This document shows positions 36,201 to 49,014 of a stretch of DNA of 64,000 nt, piece by piece. The notes below the pieces were generated by a model. That model saw only the letters and a program-made list of their open reading frames with translations. It was not told the DNA's origin and did not search any database. Every line of letters begins with the position of its first letter. Position 1 is the stretch's first letter. This stretch comes from Callorhinchus milii (Eukaryota), in assembly GCF_018977255.1 (NCBI RefSeq), contig NW_024704742.1, positions 103,914,001 through 103,978,000 of the forward strand, given 5' to 3'. Made by a program: the position numbers and the translations under genes.

Positions 36201-38539
36201 TTTCTCCACCCTTATGCTCACCCATACTAAACTGCATCACACCAACCATTGCCAGGCTCCACTAGCTCCCTATTATAGAACGGATCGATTTCAAGATCCT
36301 CTCACTCGTCTACCAACCACTTCACACCCTGGCACCTCTACTGTTCAGCACTCTTGAGACGCTGCCTATGTGAAGGGTATTATGTAAATGCAAGTTGCTG
36401 TCTTTGCTTGTTATCCAAAATAAATAACAGAGGAGGGCAAATTCCATTGTTGTAACATATGTTTGTGTAGATTATAGCGTTCCTAAACACTAGGGTCAAA
36501 ATTCCATAACATGAACATAAAGGGATCAAGCTAATGCTTCAGTATGTTAGTTTTTCCAAAACGTCAACTGTGCCATATTTTGACTTGTGAAACGTTAACC
36601 TCTGGAAAGCTTCAGATTTAGTCAATCATAATTTTCAGTTGGAGGCTCTGTCAATGAGCCTGGCAATATATGACACATATAAATGCTGTTTTCAATGGGG
36701 TAAGCTACTGCAAAGGTGGTAGAAGGAGGAGTAAGAATGAAAGAGGTGGGGGGGTGCATTTGCTAGAAAAGTGGGGTTCACAGATGTGCCCCAACTAACA
36801 TTGGCTGAGAGGTTCCCCAAGTAGAAGAAAAGTCTCTCCATGGGTTGCGTTATGAAAGCCAGAATGAAAACAAGAACAGGAAGAGATCACAGCCAGGGTT
36901 AATGTTGCCAGCATTACCCGAAGAAGAACAATGTCATGGAAAAACAAAAGGTGAGGCAGGGGAATTTCTTCTGAACCACACAGAAGAGAACTAAACTGAA
37001 CTGGCCAGCTGTTACTATGGATATGCAGAAAGTTGGAGGAGTCAAACATCTGCACCGAGCCAGCTGGCCTGACTATGTTGCATAATCTCATGTGTCACAT
37101 CGATGAGCTTTATGATAATGTGGTTACGATTTTGCAGCCTGCCTCAATTATGATGGGTTCTATCAGTGCCTCCTGTGCAGCATTTCCCCAGGCCATGGAA
37201 TGAACTGAGGTAACCTCTCCCATTACTTCCTGGACTTCCTCCTTGAATGTGATGTGCAGTGCGAGAAGAGGAGGGTTTGTAATCTGGAAAAATGCAATCA
37301 AATTAGTTGAATAGCTTTCTTCTTTCAAATCTTTCGTGTGATCTTGTGACTTGTAGCGTCAATGAAAACTGCTGTCTGTTACAAAACTATACATTCAGCG
37401 GAGAAGACATTTTCTTCAGCGCTTAAATCTATAATGTGACTAATTCTGCTTCAATTTCACACAAGCTGGCTGACAAGTCCAAAAATACAATTTACAGTGA
37501 CTTAGCTCTTTATTTCTTACCACGTATAACTACAAAATCAAACTTCTCTGTCGCAAACGGCTTGTACAAATGCTGGAAGTGTGCTGTGTGCACGTATACT
37601 GAATCCATATCCAATGATCTCATCCCACAAACCAAGTTGTTCAATTTTAGGGCATTAAGAATAGGAAGTTGCAGCTAAAGATATTGGGAAATGAAACTTC
37701 TCACATCCACAGTGTGAGGACATACAATGCGTTGTCGAGTACTTGTACCTGTTGATTTTCAAATTTTATTGCTGATGTAACCTTCAAAGCTATCGTATTT
37801 CTTGATAATGTTGGTGCAGATCAAATATAACTGTTCTTATGTTTTGGTTATTTTCTTTGCAACAGACTTTTTCTGTATATGTGGGAAGGCACATATTTAA
37901 AGATCGTGACAAAAAGAAATTGAGGTTAGAAAAAATATTTACAAACAGTTGGAATGTGAAATTCTCCATCACAAACAGCTTTGTTACAGAGTCTATAAAT
38001 TCTTTAAAAATAATTGGTTAGATGCTTGAAAAAGAAGTTAAAGGGATGTGTGGATCAAGAGAATGGGGTTGAATTAGCTGGTTCATGTGCTGCCTTTTCA
38101 AACTCAAACCACGTTGAGTCCTCAGTTCATAAGGGAAACCCATTAGCTCTGCCGCTACTTAAAGTAGAACAGTTTGTGAGGTGGTAGGACATTAGCAATG
38201 AACTATTCAGAGAATTTGCAATTTTTGTGACCCTTGTGTTCTTGTGATAGAGCATTATTCTAGTTTGAGAGCTGGTTCATGTGATAATGGCTTCACTCAA
38301 CAGAAGTTTTTTTTGAAGTAAAGCTGCACACACTAGCATGCTTTGGGTCCCAACATTGCAATGAATGGGGGCTTTCACACCAGTGGCCAGTCGATAATTT
38401 TTGACTGTCTCAACCGTGTTTATCAATGAGATGAAAATGATCACACTTTGCACTCTTCATCCTCTTCTTCATTTATGCCTTGCTGCAACTTGTGACTATA
38501 AAAAAATTGCTTCCTAGAGATCAAAAAGCTGTGGATTCA

Positions 38540-39460
38540 ACAACAACAACAAGATTACATTTGTATAGCGCCTTTCACTTCGGGAGGACGTCCCAAGGCG
38601 CTGGACAGTGTACAGCATTTCAGACCCAAGCTGGGGTCGGGGGGAGAAGGGAGGGGAGGGGAAGGGGGATGGCTGATGGCATGGTCAAAGAGGAGGGTTT
38701 TGAGTTGGAACTTGAAGGAGGCTAAGGAGGGGGTGAGGCGGAGTGATTCGGGGATGGAGTTCCAGAGGTTGGGGACAGAGTGGCTGAAGGCTCTCCTATC
38801 AATGATGGGGCGGGTGGGTCAGGGGGCGTGGAGCAGGCCAGAGCCGGCTGAGCGGAGGGAGTGGGTGGGTTGGTAGAGGGTTAGGAGGTCGCAGAGGTAG
38901 GGTGGGGCGAGGCCATGGAGGGCTTTGTATGTGATAGATCCAGGATCTTGTATTGGATTCTCTGTAGGATAGGGAGCCAATGGAGTCGGGCGAGAGTGGG
39001 GGAGATGGGGTCACGGAGTTTGGTGCGGGAGAGGACACGGGCTACAGAGTTCTGGATTATCTGCAGCCTGTGGAGGGAGGAGTTGGGAAGGCTGACAAGC
39101 AGGGAGTTTGCATAGTCGAGCCTGAAGGTGATGAAGGCATGAACAAGAGTTTCAGGGGCCTGAGGGGTGAGTCGGTTGATGTTATGGTGGTGAGGGAAGG
39201 CAGAGCGGGTCGTGGCTTGAATGTGGGGGAGAAAAGACAGTTGAGGGTTGAACAAGACACCCAGGTTCCTGACTGGTTTGGTTAGTTGTAGTGTGCAAAC
39301 ACGGAGATTGATGCTGCCAGAGCCTGAGGTGCTGAGGCGCTGGCGCGAGCCAATCAGGAGGGCCTCAGTCTTGTTCACATTCAACTGTAGGAATTTGCCC
39401 TCATCCAGGACTTGATGTCCGACAGGGAGTCTGTCAGGAAAGCAGTGGTCCTGGAGTTGA
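38540..39460 (-). mobile_element. L2 LINE 3' fragment, same subfamily as 4158-5056
   Basis: ORF 38881..39384 is near-identical to the ORFs at 4134-4960. Confidence 0.9.
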
Positions 39461-39694
39461 AGATGGATATGAAAAGATAGGGTTCATGCTTCACATCAGG
39501 ATTTTGAGCTCACAGCCTGGTCTGACACTCCAGTGCAGTGGGGGTGCACTGCATTGTTGAAGGTGGCATCCTTAGAACGAAAAGTTCAATTGAGGTCCAG
39601 TTCTGCTTGTTCAGGAGGATGTCAGAGATCTCACAGCATTATCCGAAAAGAGGAGAGTTTCTCACAATGACCTGGCCAATAATTTCCAGATGGA

Positions 39695-40052
39695 ATCCTA
39701 TAGCTCATTGGTTAGAGCGCTCGCCTCACAAGCGAGAAACCTGGGTTCGATTCCTGGCAGGGCGAAACATTGGGCAAGTTTCCTTACTCCACACGCCGGT
39801 TTACCTAGAAGTAAATAGGAACTGGTTGTTAGTCAATTGACGGATCGCTTTTTCGGGGGTAATATTTCCATCAAAACAAAAGTAAATAAATTGGTCACTC
39901 AATCCATGACTGTTTGTGGGACACTGCTGTGCGTAATTGGCTGCCGCGTTTCACCCACAAAACATACAGAATTGCAGTATATTCTGTGAAGTGCTTTGAG
40001 ATATCTAGAAGGCGTGATAAGGTGCTATGTCAAATGCAGGGATTATTATTAT
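39695..40052 (+). mobile_element. Full-length tRNA-derived SINE with an L2-like 3' tail
   Basis: Pol III A box TAGCTCATTGG (39701) and B box GGTTCGATTCC (39744); body gctgtgcgtaattggctgccgcgttt; tail aaatgcaggg(att)n; multiple copies in the window. Confidence 0.88.
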
Positions 40053-40712
40053 AAAAAACTGTACATTCACTTCATGGTTGTTTGTGAAATTGCTGTGCGC
40101 ATTTTGGCTGCTGCATTTTTCTACAGATACAGCCATTATACTTTACAGAAAACTCAAAGTGTGAACAGATTTGAGGTGTTTCAACATGATACAGTGATAT
40201 TGATACTTTTATTGAAGAATTAGTGGAAGAGTTGCCCCACTCCCCACAGCCCCCTTACAATGTGTCAATGATTATATGGAGAAATATATTTTATTCCACA
40301 TGTTCACACTTATATTTGGCATAAACATCTAAAAAAAGCAAGAACATTGCTTTGCACTGAAATTCTCCAATGTTTAATTCTTATATTTGTTTGCTGTCAA
40401 TACCAACCCAGTGTTACTGGGGTCCACATACAAGCAGGATCCTCAAATTATTTTCGACAAGGAGGGTCCTTGAGAGCATCTAGTTTAAGGCACATCAAAT
40501 ATTCATCTGTCGCTAGTTAATGGAATTTCATGTTGATATTCTTTACCAGTTCTGCAATCCTCCTCCAATTTTGCCTACAAAATACACACAGTCGTATCAC
40601 TTTTACAGTGTATTCTGTGAAGCACTTTGAGATATCTCAATGATGCAACAAGATCCTATATCAAATGCAAAGATTATCAGTAATTATAAGTGAAATGTCA
40701 GCATCATTCTCA

Positions 40713-41866
40713 CAACAAGAACAAAATTACATTTGCATAGCACCTTTCATGTCAGGAGGATGTTCCAAGGCGCTGGACAATCAGTGTTTCAGACCCGAGT
40801 TTGTGGTCAGCATTGGGCAGGGTGGGGGGTAAGGGGGAAGGAGAGTAGCCGAAGCCACGGTCAAAAAGGAGGATCTTGAGAAGGCCTGGAAGGAGGCAAG
40901 GAAGGGGTGAGGCGGAGGGAGTGGGGGATGAAGTTCCAGAGGGTGGGACAGAATGATTGAAGCATGTCTGCCAATGAAGTTCCAGAGGGTGGGGCGCGTG
41001 AGACGGGGGACTTGAAGCAGCCCGGAGCCTGCAGAACAGAGAGAGCGGGCAGGATGGTAGGGAGTTAGGAGGTCGCAGAGGTTGGCGGGGAACAAGGCCA
41101 TGGTGGGCTTTGAAAGTGAGGACCAGGATCTTGAACTGTATCCTCTGGGTGATGGGAAGCCAGTGGAGTTGGGCGAGGATGGGGGTGATAGAGCCTGGTA
41201 CGGGAGATGACATGGGCTGCAGAGTTCTGGATGATCTGCAGCCTATGGAGGGAGAAGTTGGGAGGCCGACAAGCAGGAAGTTTGCGAGGTCGAGCCTGGA
41301 TGTTATGAATGTGTGTATGAGGGTCTTGGCGGCCTGCGGAGTGAGACAGTGGCGGAGCTGGGTGATGTTACGGAGGCAAGGAAAGGTGGAGCAGGGCATG
41401 GCATGGATGTGGGGTATGAAGGACAGTTGAGGGTCGAACGGGACCTGAGGTTCCGTATTACCTCTGTGAGATGCAGTGTGCATCCATGGAGGGAGCTGCT
41501 GTCAGTGCCCGACATATGGAGGCACTGACGGGAGCCAATCAGGAGAGCCTCAGTCTTGTTGACATTGAATTGAGTTGGACTCCATTGGCTCCCTATCCTT
41601 CAGAGGATCCAGTTCAAGATCCTGGTCCTCACCTACAAAGCCCTCCATGGCCTCGCCCCACCCTACATCTGCGACCTCCTAACCCCCTACCAACCCGCCC
41701 ATTGAGCTGAGAGGAGAGGCAGTGTCAGAGGATCCAGTGGTCGACAGTGTTGAAGGCAGCAGAGAGGGTGAGGAGGACAGAAGGAAGCAGAGAGAGCTCT
41801 GGTCCCAGAGGTTTAGAATGTTGTTAGTGACTTTGACCAGAGCTGTTTCCATGCTGTGGGCAGCAA
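40713..41866 (-). mobile_element. Composite L2 LINE fragment with an internal opposite-strand segment
   Basis: Minus-strand L2 peptides at 40752-41570 and 41700-41866; plus-strand L2 3' sequence at about 41577-41700. Confidence 0.85.
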
Positions 41867-43689
41867 TCAAGATTGATAGTCAAATGTAAACGAGGTGATG
41901 TATATTCATAAAAAGGGCAAGAAAACTAGGTCTAAAATTTAGGCAGAAATGAGGTCTAAATTTGGAAGTTATTGTGTAAAGAATATAATTTTCCAAAAAA
42001 AATCATACGTAAAAGCAATGTGAAGATGAAGCAAAATGTATTAATATAATAATATCTTGCAATATTCTCCTAAAGAAGGTGAAAAACAGGGTATATATTT
42101 TATATTGAGATCAATTCAGACTTTGCAACCAATTTCTTGGCCAGTATACCTTAGAATAATCTACATTAAAAATCCTGTAATTCAAGTGAAGATTAATTAA
42201 ATTCATTCATAATGCTTTTAATTCAGGTGTGAACATATTACTGTGCAAATTTAGTCCATTCCAGGCCTTAGAATTCGTTTTCTACTTGCATGTTTAAAAT
42301 TAATTAACACACCTAAATTTAGCAGTAATAATTACCTGAAGTAAATCTAATACAGTATTGTACTTAAGAATTTCCATTGGGCACCAGAAACATAAAATAT
42401 TCCTTTGATAGCAGAGAAACATTCTTTATCCTCAAGTAATGTCCTCCAGACTCCTTTAATGCAAAGTGCTGCTGGTTGCTGCAATGACACGTTTGCTGCG
42501 GATAAAAACATACCTTTAAGGCAGGAGATAATGGAGATGTAATTCACAGTTGTGCATTAATTTTTCATGATAATGTGGGTGATGTTATTTTTTAAACTTT
42601 CTCAGTGAACCTTTACTGGCAGCAATGATATGTGCGTCATGCAAACTAAGTCCCTTGCCCCAGTTTAGAGTGCTTTTGAGAGTCGTGTGGCTGGCTGAGT
42701 AGGTTCACTGCCAACTCACCTTGCTTTCGACCCAGAGAAAGCTGAACTACACCCAAGTACAACATGAACATTTCTGCTCACTGGCTTCTTGACTGCCAGT
42801 AAATATCTCTAAAAATAGAACCGGAGCTGATAATCCTATAAACTCTTTGGCAACATCAGGAATGAATAGGCCTTACAGGATGCTGTCTGAACATTTTCTT
42901 GAACTGTATGCATTCAAATTTGACACACTCCCTGGCTCACTCAATGGTTTGCAGTCAGGGAGAGTGAGACATTATTAGGTAAGTATATGTTTTCCTAAGT
43001 GCAAAGGGTCCACTCCCTATTAGGTGATTGTACTGTACAGCTTATCACAAGTCATCTGTGACTGTAGCTTTAAAACATTGGAAAAGTATGGGAGTGCAGC
43101 TGCCTTAACTATAGTGACATCTGCACTGTGTACGATGGGAGTAACATTGCACAGTCAGTTTGTGACAGCCCATTGGGGAATGAGAGCCAGATATTGTATA
43201 ATGACTACAATGAGATTAGCAGTGGGTCTGCGACAGCACCTTTGGGAGTAGGGGTGCAATATAACGACAGCAGTGAGAGAGTCAGTGCACGACTGACTAT
43301 TCTCAAATTCACCGCTTATGCGCTGAGCCGGTAACAAATAAATCCCTTGGCCGCGATTACAGGTTACTGCACGAAGAACATAGCGAAATCTGCAGGCTAT
43401 AAAACTAGCGTGAAACCTACGCTGCCTTGGAACAATAACCCCTTGCATTTGATGCAGTTCGCCCACAAAACACACAGCCAATCCACTCCACAGCCTATCT
43501 ATCTTGTGAAGCGCCGCGAGACGTCTCCACAACCGTGCAGGTCAAATGCAAGGATCACGATGATGACGACTAGTGTTATTCTTATTATTATAATTATACA
43601 AAGCCTTATTTTTGCCGTCTCTACGGTGCATCGACGATGAGGAGGAGGAGAGTGGGGAGAAAGAAAAAAAAAAAAATTTTTTTTTTGCA

Positions 43690-44097
43690 GAGAACTTGTG
43701 ACATGCAATGCGGGTGGTGCGGTGAGAGCTCTGTGCATGAGAGCCCGTGTCGGGCCCTTTAAATGCATTGCGAGGGAGGGAGGGAGGGGGGGGATTGTGA
43801 CGCCCTCCCCCAGGCTGAGGGGGGGGGTGTGGGGGGGGTGGGGGCCCGAGAAGCAGCGCAGAGCAGCAGCAGCACAGCCACGACTCGGCTCCTCCCCGTC
43901 CCCGCGCCGCCGCGTTAGCTCAGCCCCACACACACACACACAACAGCACAGCCACAGCCACAGCCCAGACCCGAGCCCGAGCCCAGCACCGAGCACCGAG
44001 CACCGAGCAGAGCCTCTCCGCTCAGCCAAGGGAAACCCACCCCCACCCGCACCCCGCACCCGCACCCGCACCCCCCCCGTGCGGTGGTGGCTGAGCC
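43690..44097 (+). promoter_or_regulatory. REEP5 CpG-island promoter / 5' UTR with short tandem repeats
   Basis: CpG-rich, with G-runs and (GCA)n, (CA)n, (CACAGC)n, (CCGAGC/A)n and (CCCGCA)n arrays upstream of the ATG. Confidence 0.7.
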
Positions 44098-44215
44098 ATG
44101 GCGGCAGCGATGTTGGAGCGTTTGAAGAAGTTCCTCAACGAGGACAACGCGTTAGGCAACGCGTTGGGCAAAGTCGAGAGCAAGACGGGCGTCAAGAGGC
44201 ACTACACGGCGCTGG
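44098..44215 (+). CDS. REEP5: REEP5 (DP1/Yop1 family ER-shaping protein) coding exon 1 (MAAAMLERLKKFLNEDNALGNALGKVESKTGVKRHYTAL)
   Basis: Strong Kozak GCCATGG; 118 nt; donor G|GTGAGT; resembles human MSAAMRERFDRFLHEKN...KTGVNRSFIAL. REEP5 is preferred over REEP6 because of adjacency to DCP2. Confidence 0.9.
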
Positions 44216-44218
44216 GTG

Positions 44219-44650
44219 AGTGCGGGGCGGGGCGGTGCCGTGCGGGGCTGGGCAGTGCGGGGCAGTGCGGGGCTGGGCAGTGCAGGGCTGGGCAGGGCAG
44301 GGCAGTGCGGGGCAGGGCTGGGCAGTGCGGGGCGGGGCAGGGCTGGGCAGGGCAGGGCAGTGCGGGGCAGGGCAGTGCAGGGCAGTGCGGGGCTGGGCAG
44401 GGCAGGGCAGTGCGGGGCAGGGCTGGGCAGTGCGGGGCAGGGCTGGGCAGTGCGGGGCTGGGCAGTGCGGGGCAGGGCAGTGCAGGGCAGTGCGGGGCTG
44501 GGCAGTGCGGAGCAGGGCTGGGCAGTGCGGGGCGGGGCAGGGCAGTGCAGGGCTGGGCAGGGCAGTGCGGGGCTGGGCAGTGCAGGGCTGGGCAGTGCAG
44601 GGCAGGGCTGGGCAGTGCGGGGCAGGGCAGGGCGGGGCAGGGCTCGGGCA
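44219..44650 (+). repeat. G-rich tandem array of pentamer units (GGGCA / GGGCT / GTGCG) at the start of REEP5 intron 1
   Basis: Directly visible; starts within a few nt of the splice donor. Confidence 0.95.
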
Positions 44651-45534
44651 ATGCAGTGCACTGCGCACAGCCACATATGTTATGTTCCCTGATGTTAGAC
44701 TCTTCAGTTATTTCACCACAATAATAATAATAACAACAACAATAATAATCTTTGCATTTTGACACAGCGCTTTCCATTTCGTCCGGATGTCTTGAAGCTC
44801 TTCACGGGATGTGCACTGTAATGTGGATTGACTGTATTTTGTGAGCAAAGCGTTTCGTCCGGATTTAAATTGGACCGTCAACGACATCATCTGGGGAGAG
44901 GGGAAAAAAAAAGGCCATATTTTACTGAAAAGATTGGAGGAGGCATTGGTTCGAGCTGTACTGCGGCTGTTATCAGTGTTACTTAACGCCAGATGGGCAT
45001 TTTATGCTGTAACCTGAGATCGGGCTACGCCAAATAGTGTCTCATTTTACAGAAGTCTGCGAGGGACGCTAAGTGATTATATTTATAAACCAGGGCCCAT
45101 CGTGGCAAGATCTCTTTATGTAATTTGAGTTGGGGAGGTGGCCATTTCAACCTGATGTTTTTGCACTCAATAAGTTTTACCATTTAGCTTTCAAAATGCA
45201 GTCTCAATGATGTCCACAAAATATACAGTCCGTTCACTTTACAGTATGTTCTATGAAGCGCTTTGAGATGTCGCAAAGGACGTGATAAGGCACTATATCA
45301 AATGCAAGGATTATTATTATTCTGTCCAGGTTTTGCCTTTAAGCAGCGAGTTGGCCAAAAAAAAGCAAGACATTTCACTTCCACGTGGGATGTGGTGAAC
45401 ACTTCTTTGCAAGAGTTAAAATGTATTTTTAAAATAAGCGAGGTGTGACAGATTCTGTCTGGCCCCTTCGAGATGGATTTGCACTGTATAAAGAAATAAA
45501 TTGCTTTTAATTGTCACTTTGTCCTGTTTGTTAA

Positions 45535-45633
<99 letters not shown>

Positions 45634-48600
45634 TAAGTGACAACCACTTATAGCTAAATCTATGTGTGTCAAATTGTTTTGATAGGTGCCTATTAAGCAT
45701 ATTATTTGCTAACCTTTTTATTATTCAGGATGTCTATGCTTTCAGCATTAATTCATGTAACAATAATTCTCCTGAAAAAATGGGGATTTCTGTTAGATTG
45801 GCTTCCAGCAGCAAGCAACTCTGTAGATGGAATAGCTTGGCAGGTCATAAAATGTTAAAGGCCAGCAAATGAAATGGTGTCACTTATCTTATAAATAAAT
45901 ATGGGGTGTGGTTAACTCGTAACGTGGAAATACTTTGGGAACTAGCAGACTTTTTTTCATTCAACAGGAAAAATAAACCTCTCTGAGTAATTGCAATAAC
46001 ATCTCTTAAGTTTTTTTTAAAAGAAGCATTTAGATTTTTGCATTGTTCAATAGGACTGGGTGTGGTATTGCTTTTTTTCCTGAGAGAGAGAGGATCAGAT
46101 CAACCTTGAATTTTTGAGTAAGATGGTTGGCGATTCAGTCCAAAGAAAAGCTAGTGAATTAGTGTCAATTAAATGGGTTCTATCAAATTCTATTGAGTAA
46201 ATTTTCTCTCGTGATGAAAAGCTCCAAGACTGGTTGCAGTTGGGGTAGCAGTTTTAGATAATACCAGTTTAGATGCCAGGAAACTTATATGAAAGCCATA
46301 CTTCCCAATCACCATCTGGTATTTCTTGTCAGAAATTGCATATGTGATTCTGTTTTCTCACAGTAGCTCTCGGTAGAGGGTCAACCAACGTGGAATTGAA
46401 TGATGTAAACCTGGATGGGCCCAGGTTCAATCCCAATCCTTGCTGAGTTAATAGATTTCAGTCAGGTAGGGAGGTGCAATAAATGGGCTAGTAAAATTAA
46501 GGTGCTTCACTTATCCAGTAACCTGTGTTGGAAACTATTTTGGGTATTGGGTGAATATAATAAAAATCAACATTTTATATATTGCCTTTCACATTGAAAG
46601 GATGACTCCAAGCAATTGGGAGCCCAAACTGGGGAGGGGAAAGCTGGAGGAGGAAGGTGGCTGAAAGCCTCATGGAAAGATGAGGTCCATCTTCTTTCCA
46701 CTTCGTCCTTCCCTCCACCCCGGCGCAACTAGTCTAGAGATAAGTTTACAGGCACGCACATTGTTGATGAACTGGAGGTGAAGTTTGTGTGTACAATTGG
46801 TGTCTTTTGGGAGAGGGTGGAAAGCTTGGATGGAAATAAATATACTTTATTTGTGGGAAAGAGCTTCATAGATTTTTAATTTGGGAGATAGATGAGCTGT
46901 GCAGTGTATGTGTCCGTTTTGACAACTAATTTTTTTTCAAAAAATATATGATGGCTATTAGGAAATCAGATTGGCAATTCAATCTCTTGCAGGAAATTTG
47001 TTCATGACTGTTAAACTAGTAAACATTCATATGTAATCACATCTATGATCACACAAGGAAGTGCAGTACTTCCTTCAAGTATGTTTTTTTTAAACAGCCA
47101 GTCCTGGATACGGTCTGCATTCCTTTGACAGACTTCAAACATTTTACATTACTGGTGAGGTTGTGTGGCTCCTGCAATCATGTATTTATACTTTAGAATC
47201 ATTTTTTAAGAGAATCCTGTTTTTACAATTGAATTGACCCATATTGAATTCTTGCTGTGCCATTGATCGATCCACTATATTTATCATAGAATGCTACAGC
47301 ACAGAAGGAGGCCATTCGGCCCATCGTTCCTGTGCCAGCTCTTTAAAAGAGCTATCCATCTAGTCCCACTTCCCCACTCTTACCCCCATAGCCTTGCAAA
47401 TTTCTTCTTTTCAATTACCTGTTTACTTGTTAAATCAATAATGGTTATTTCTTCTATCGGTTTCTGCCAGAATTTCTTTCTAATTCTCACGTTTTACCAA
47501 AAGCTGTTCTTACAATGGATTGCTTATCGTAAAAATCATAATCTTTGTATTTGATACAGCGCCTTATCACATTGCAATGTTTCAAAGTGCTTAGCCGTAA
47601 TTACTGTTGAGTGTCATGTATTTAAGTAAAATTGGTCAGATTTGAAAATCAAAGAACCCTTGGCATTTTAACAAAGTAAATCAGGCTGCTTTGTGTGTGT
47701 TGCTGCTCGCTGGTTTATTTACACTTTCCAGTTTCTTTCTTCTCTCTCCCTGTTACTGGGAGGGTGTGGCAACTATATCAAGGTCATGTTGTGAGCATCC
47801 AGATCCACGTTCATACCAGGTTGAGATGAGGGCTGCTTAAGATTTTTCTCTCATCATGGAATGTTATGGCACCAAAACAGATCATCTGGTCCACCAAGTC
47901 TCTGCTGGTGTTATTCTCCTCACAAGCCAATTTAATTTTGCTCGTCTGTTCTCTCCCCTTGAGATTTTTGTACCACATTTGCAGTATTGTTCCTAGCTTA
48001 CCAAGTTTAAAACTTGTTACCACTCCCCAAGCTTCTCTTCTGTAAATGATTGAACACTTCCTTCCTTAATCCTCGCTGTGTTGAAATTAAAACTCATTGG
48101 ATTTAGTTACTCATTCTTTCTCAAGATTGTAGAGCTCTTTGCTTCTGTCCTTCCTCAGACAATCTGCAGGTATTTAAAACCCAACTTTGGGTTCACCTAA
48201 CCACTTCTTGAATTATCAGCTATGTTAACCCTTTGTATACTCCTGTACTATGAGCCTCATTGTTCTCAATTTGGGTTCTCACTTGGATTCTCAATTTGTT
48301 TTTTTAAAAAAAGCTACCATCAAGCTGCCTAGCAATTCCCTGTACTTTCAGTTGCCCATGAAAGGCTGTAACTCGATTGCTTTTGTTTCATTACCAAACT
48401 GCGTTTATTTTTTAGAAAATCTAGTATCTCCCCTCCTCTCTGACGCTGAATGTTACTGTGGAGCTTTGGTACCAGTTTCACTTGGGTAGCCATTAATGTA
48501 TGAGCCTAAACTGTTCATATCCCATCATGAATGGGTAACAAAGGATTGCTGTTTTTTAGAGATGCGTATCTTATGGAAATCAGTGAGTACTGCAGACTGT

Positions 48601-49014
48601 TCAATTCTCGAGGGCATGCTCATTTAATATGCACGTAGCTGCTGGACATTAGATAGGATCAGGAATGGAGAAACTGGGCTGCGTGTTAAACTTCCCTCCC
48701 AGGCTGAGGGCCTCCAGTTATCCTCTGCCTCCTCACTGCTGCTTTGACTGAGGTAACTCAAGACAAATTAGGTATCTAACCTGAAACAATCCTGGTGCAT
48801 TTAGCTCTGTGATGTACAAGATAATGCATTAACTGATATTTGAGAACACCTACTTTCAGTTTACTTTAATGTTATTGTAATTGCTGCCAATGTATTGTCA
48901 TGTCAAGATCCTCATCTTCGCGAACAAATCCCTTCATGCTCTATAACTTCCTTACCTCCCTGACCTGCTTGTACCCCATTCCTCTGCCCCCATCCCCATT
49001 TGCTCAGCTAACAC

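Noticed and set aside
39695..39768. tRNA-like cloverleaf with apparent CAC anticodon
   Set aside because: It is the head of a SINE: it runs into the SINE body, the acceptor stem is imperfect, and sister copies show other triplets (CGC, CGT).
44152..44777. Cys/Gly/Ala-rich ORFs, including the 208 aa extension of REEP5 exon 1
   Set aside because: Read-through into the intron 1 pentamer array; the real frame splices at 44215 to 45539.
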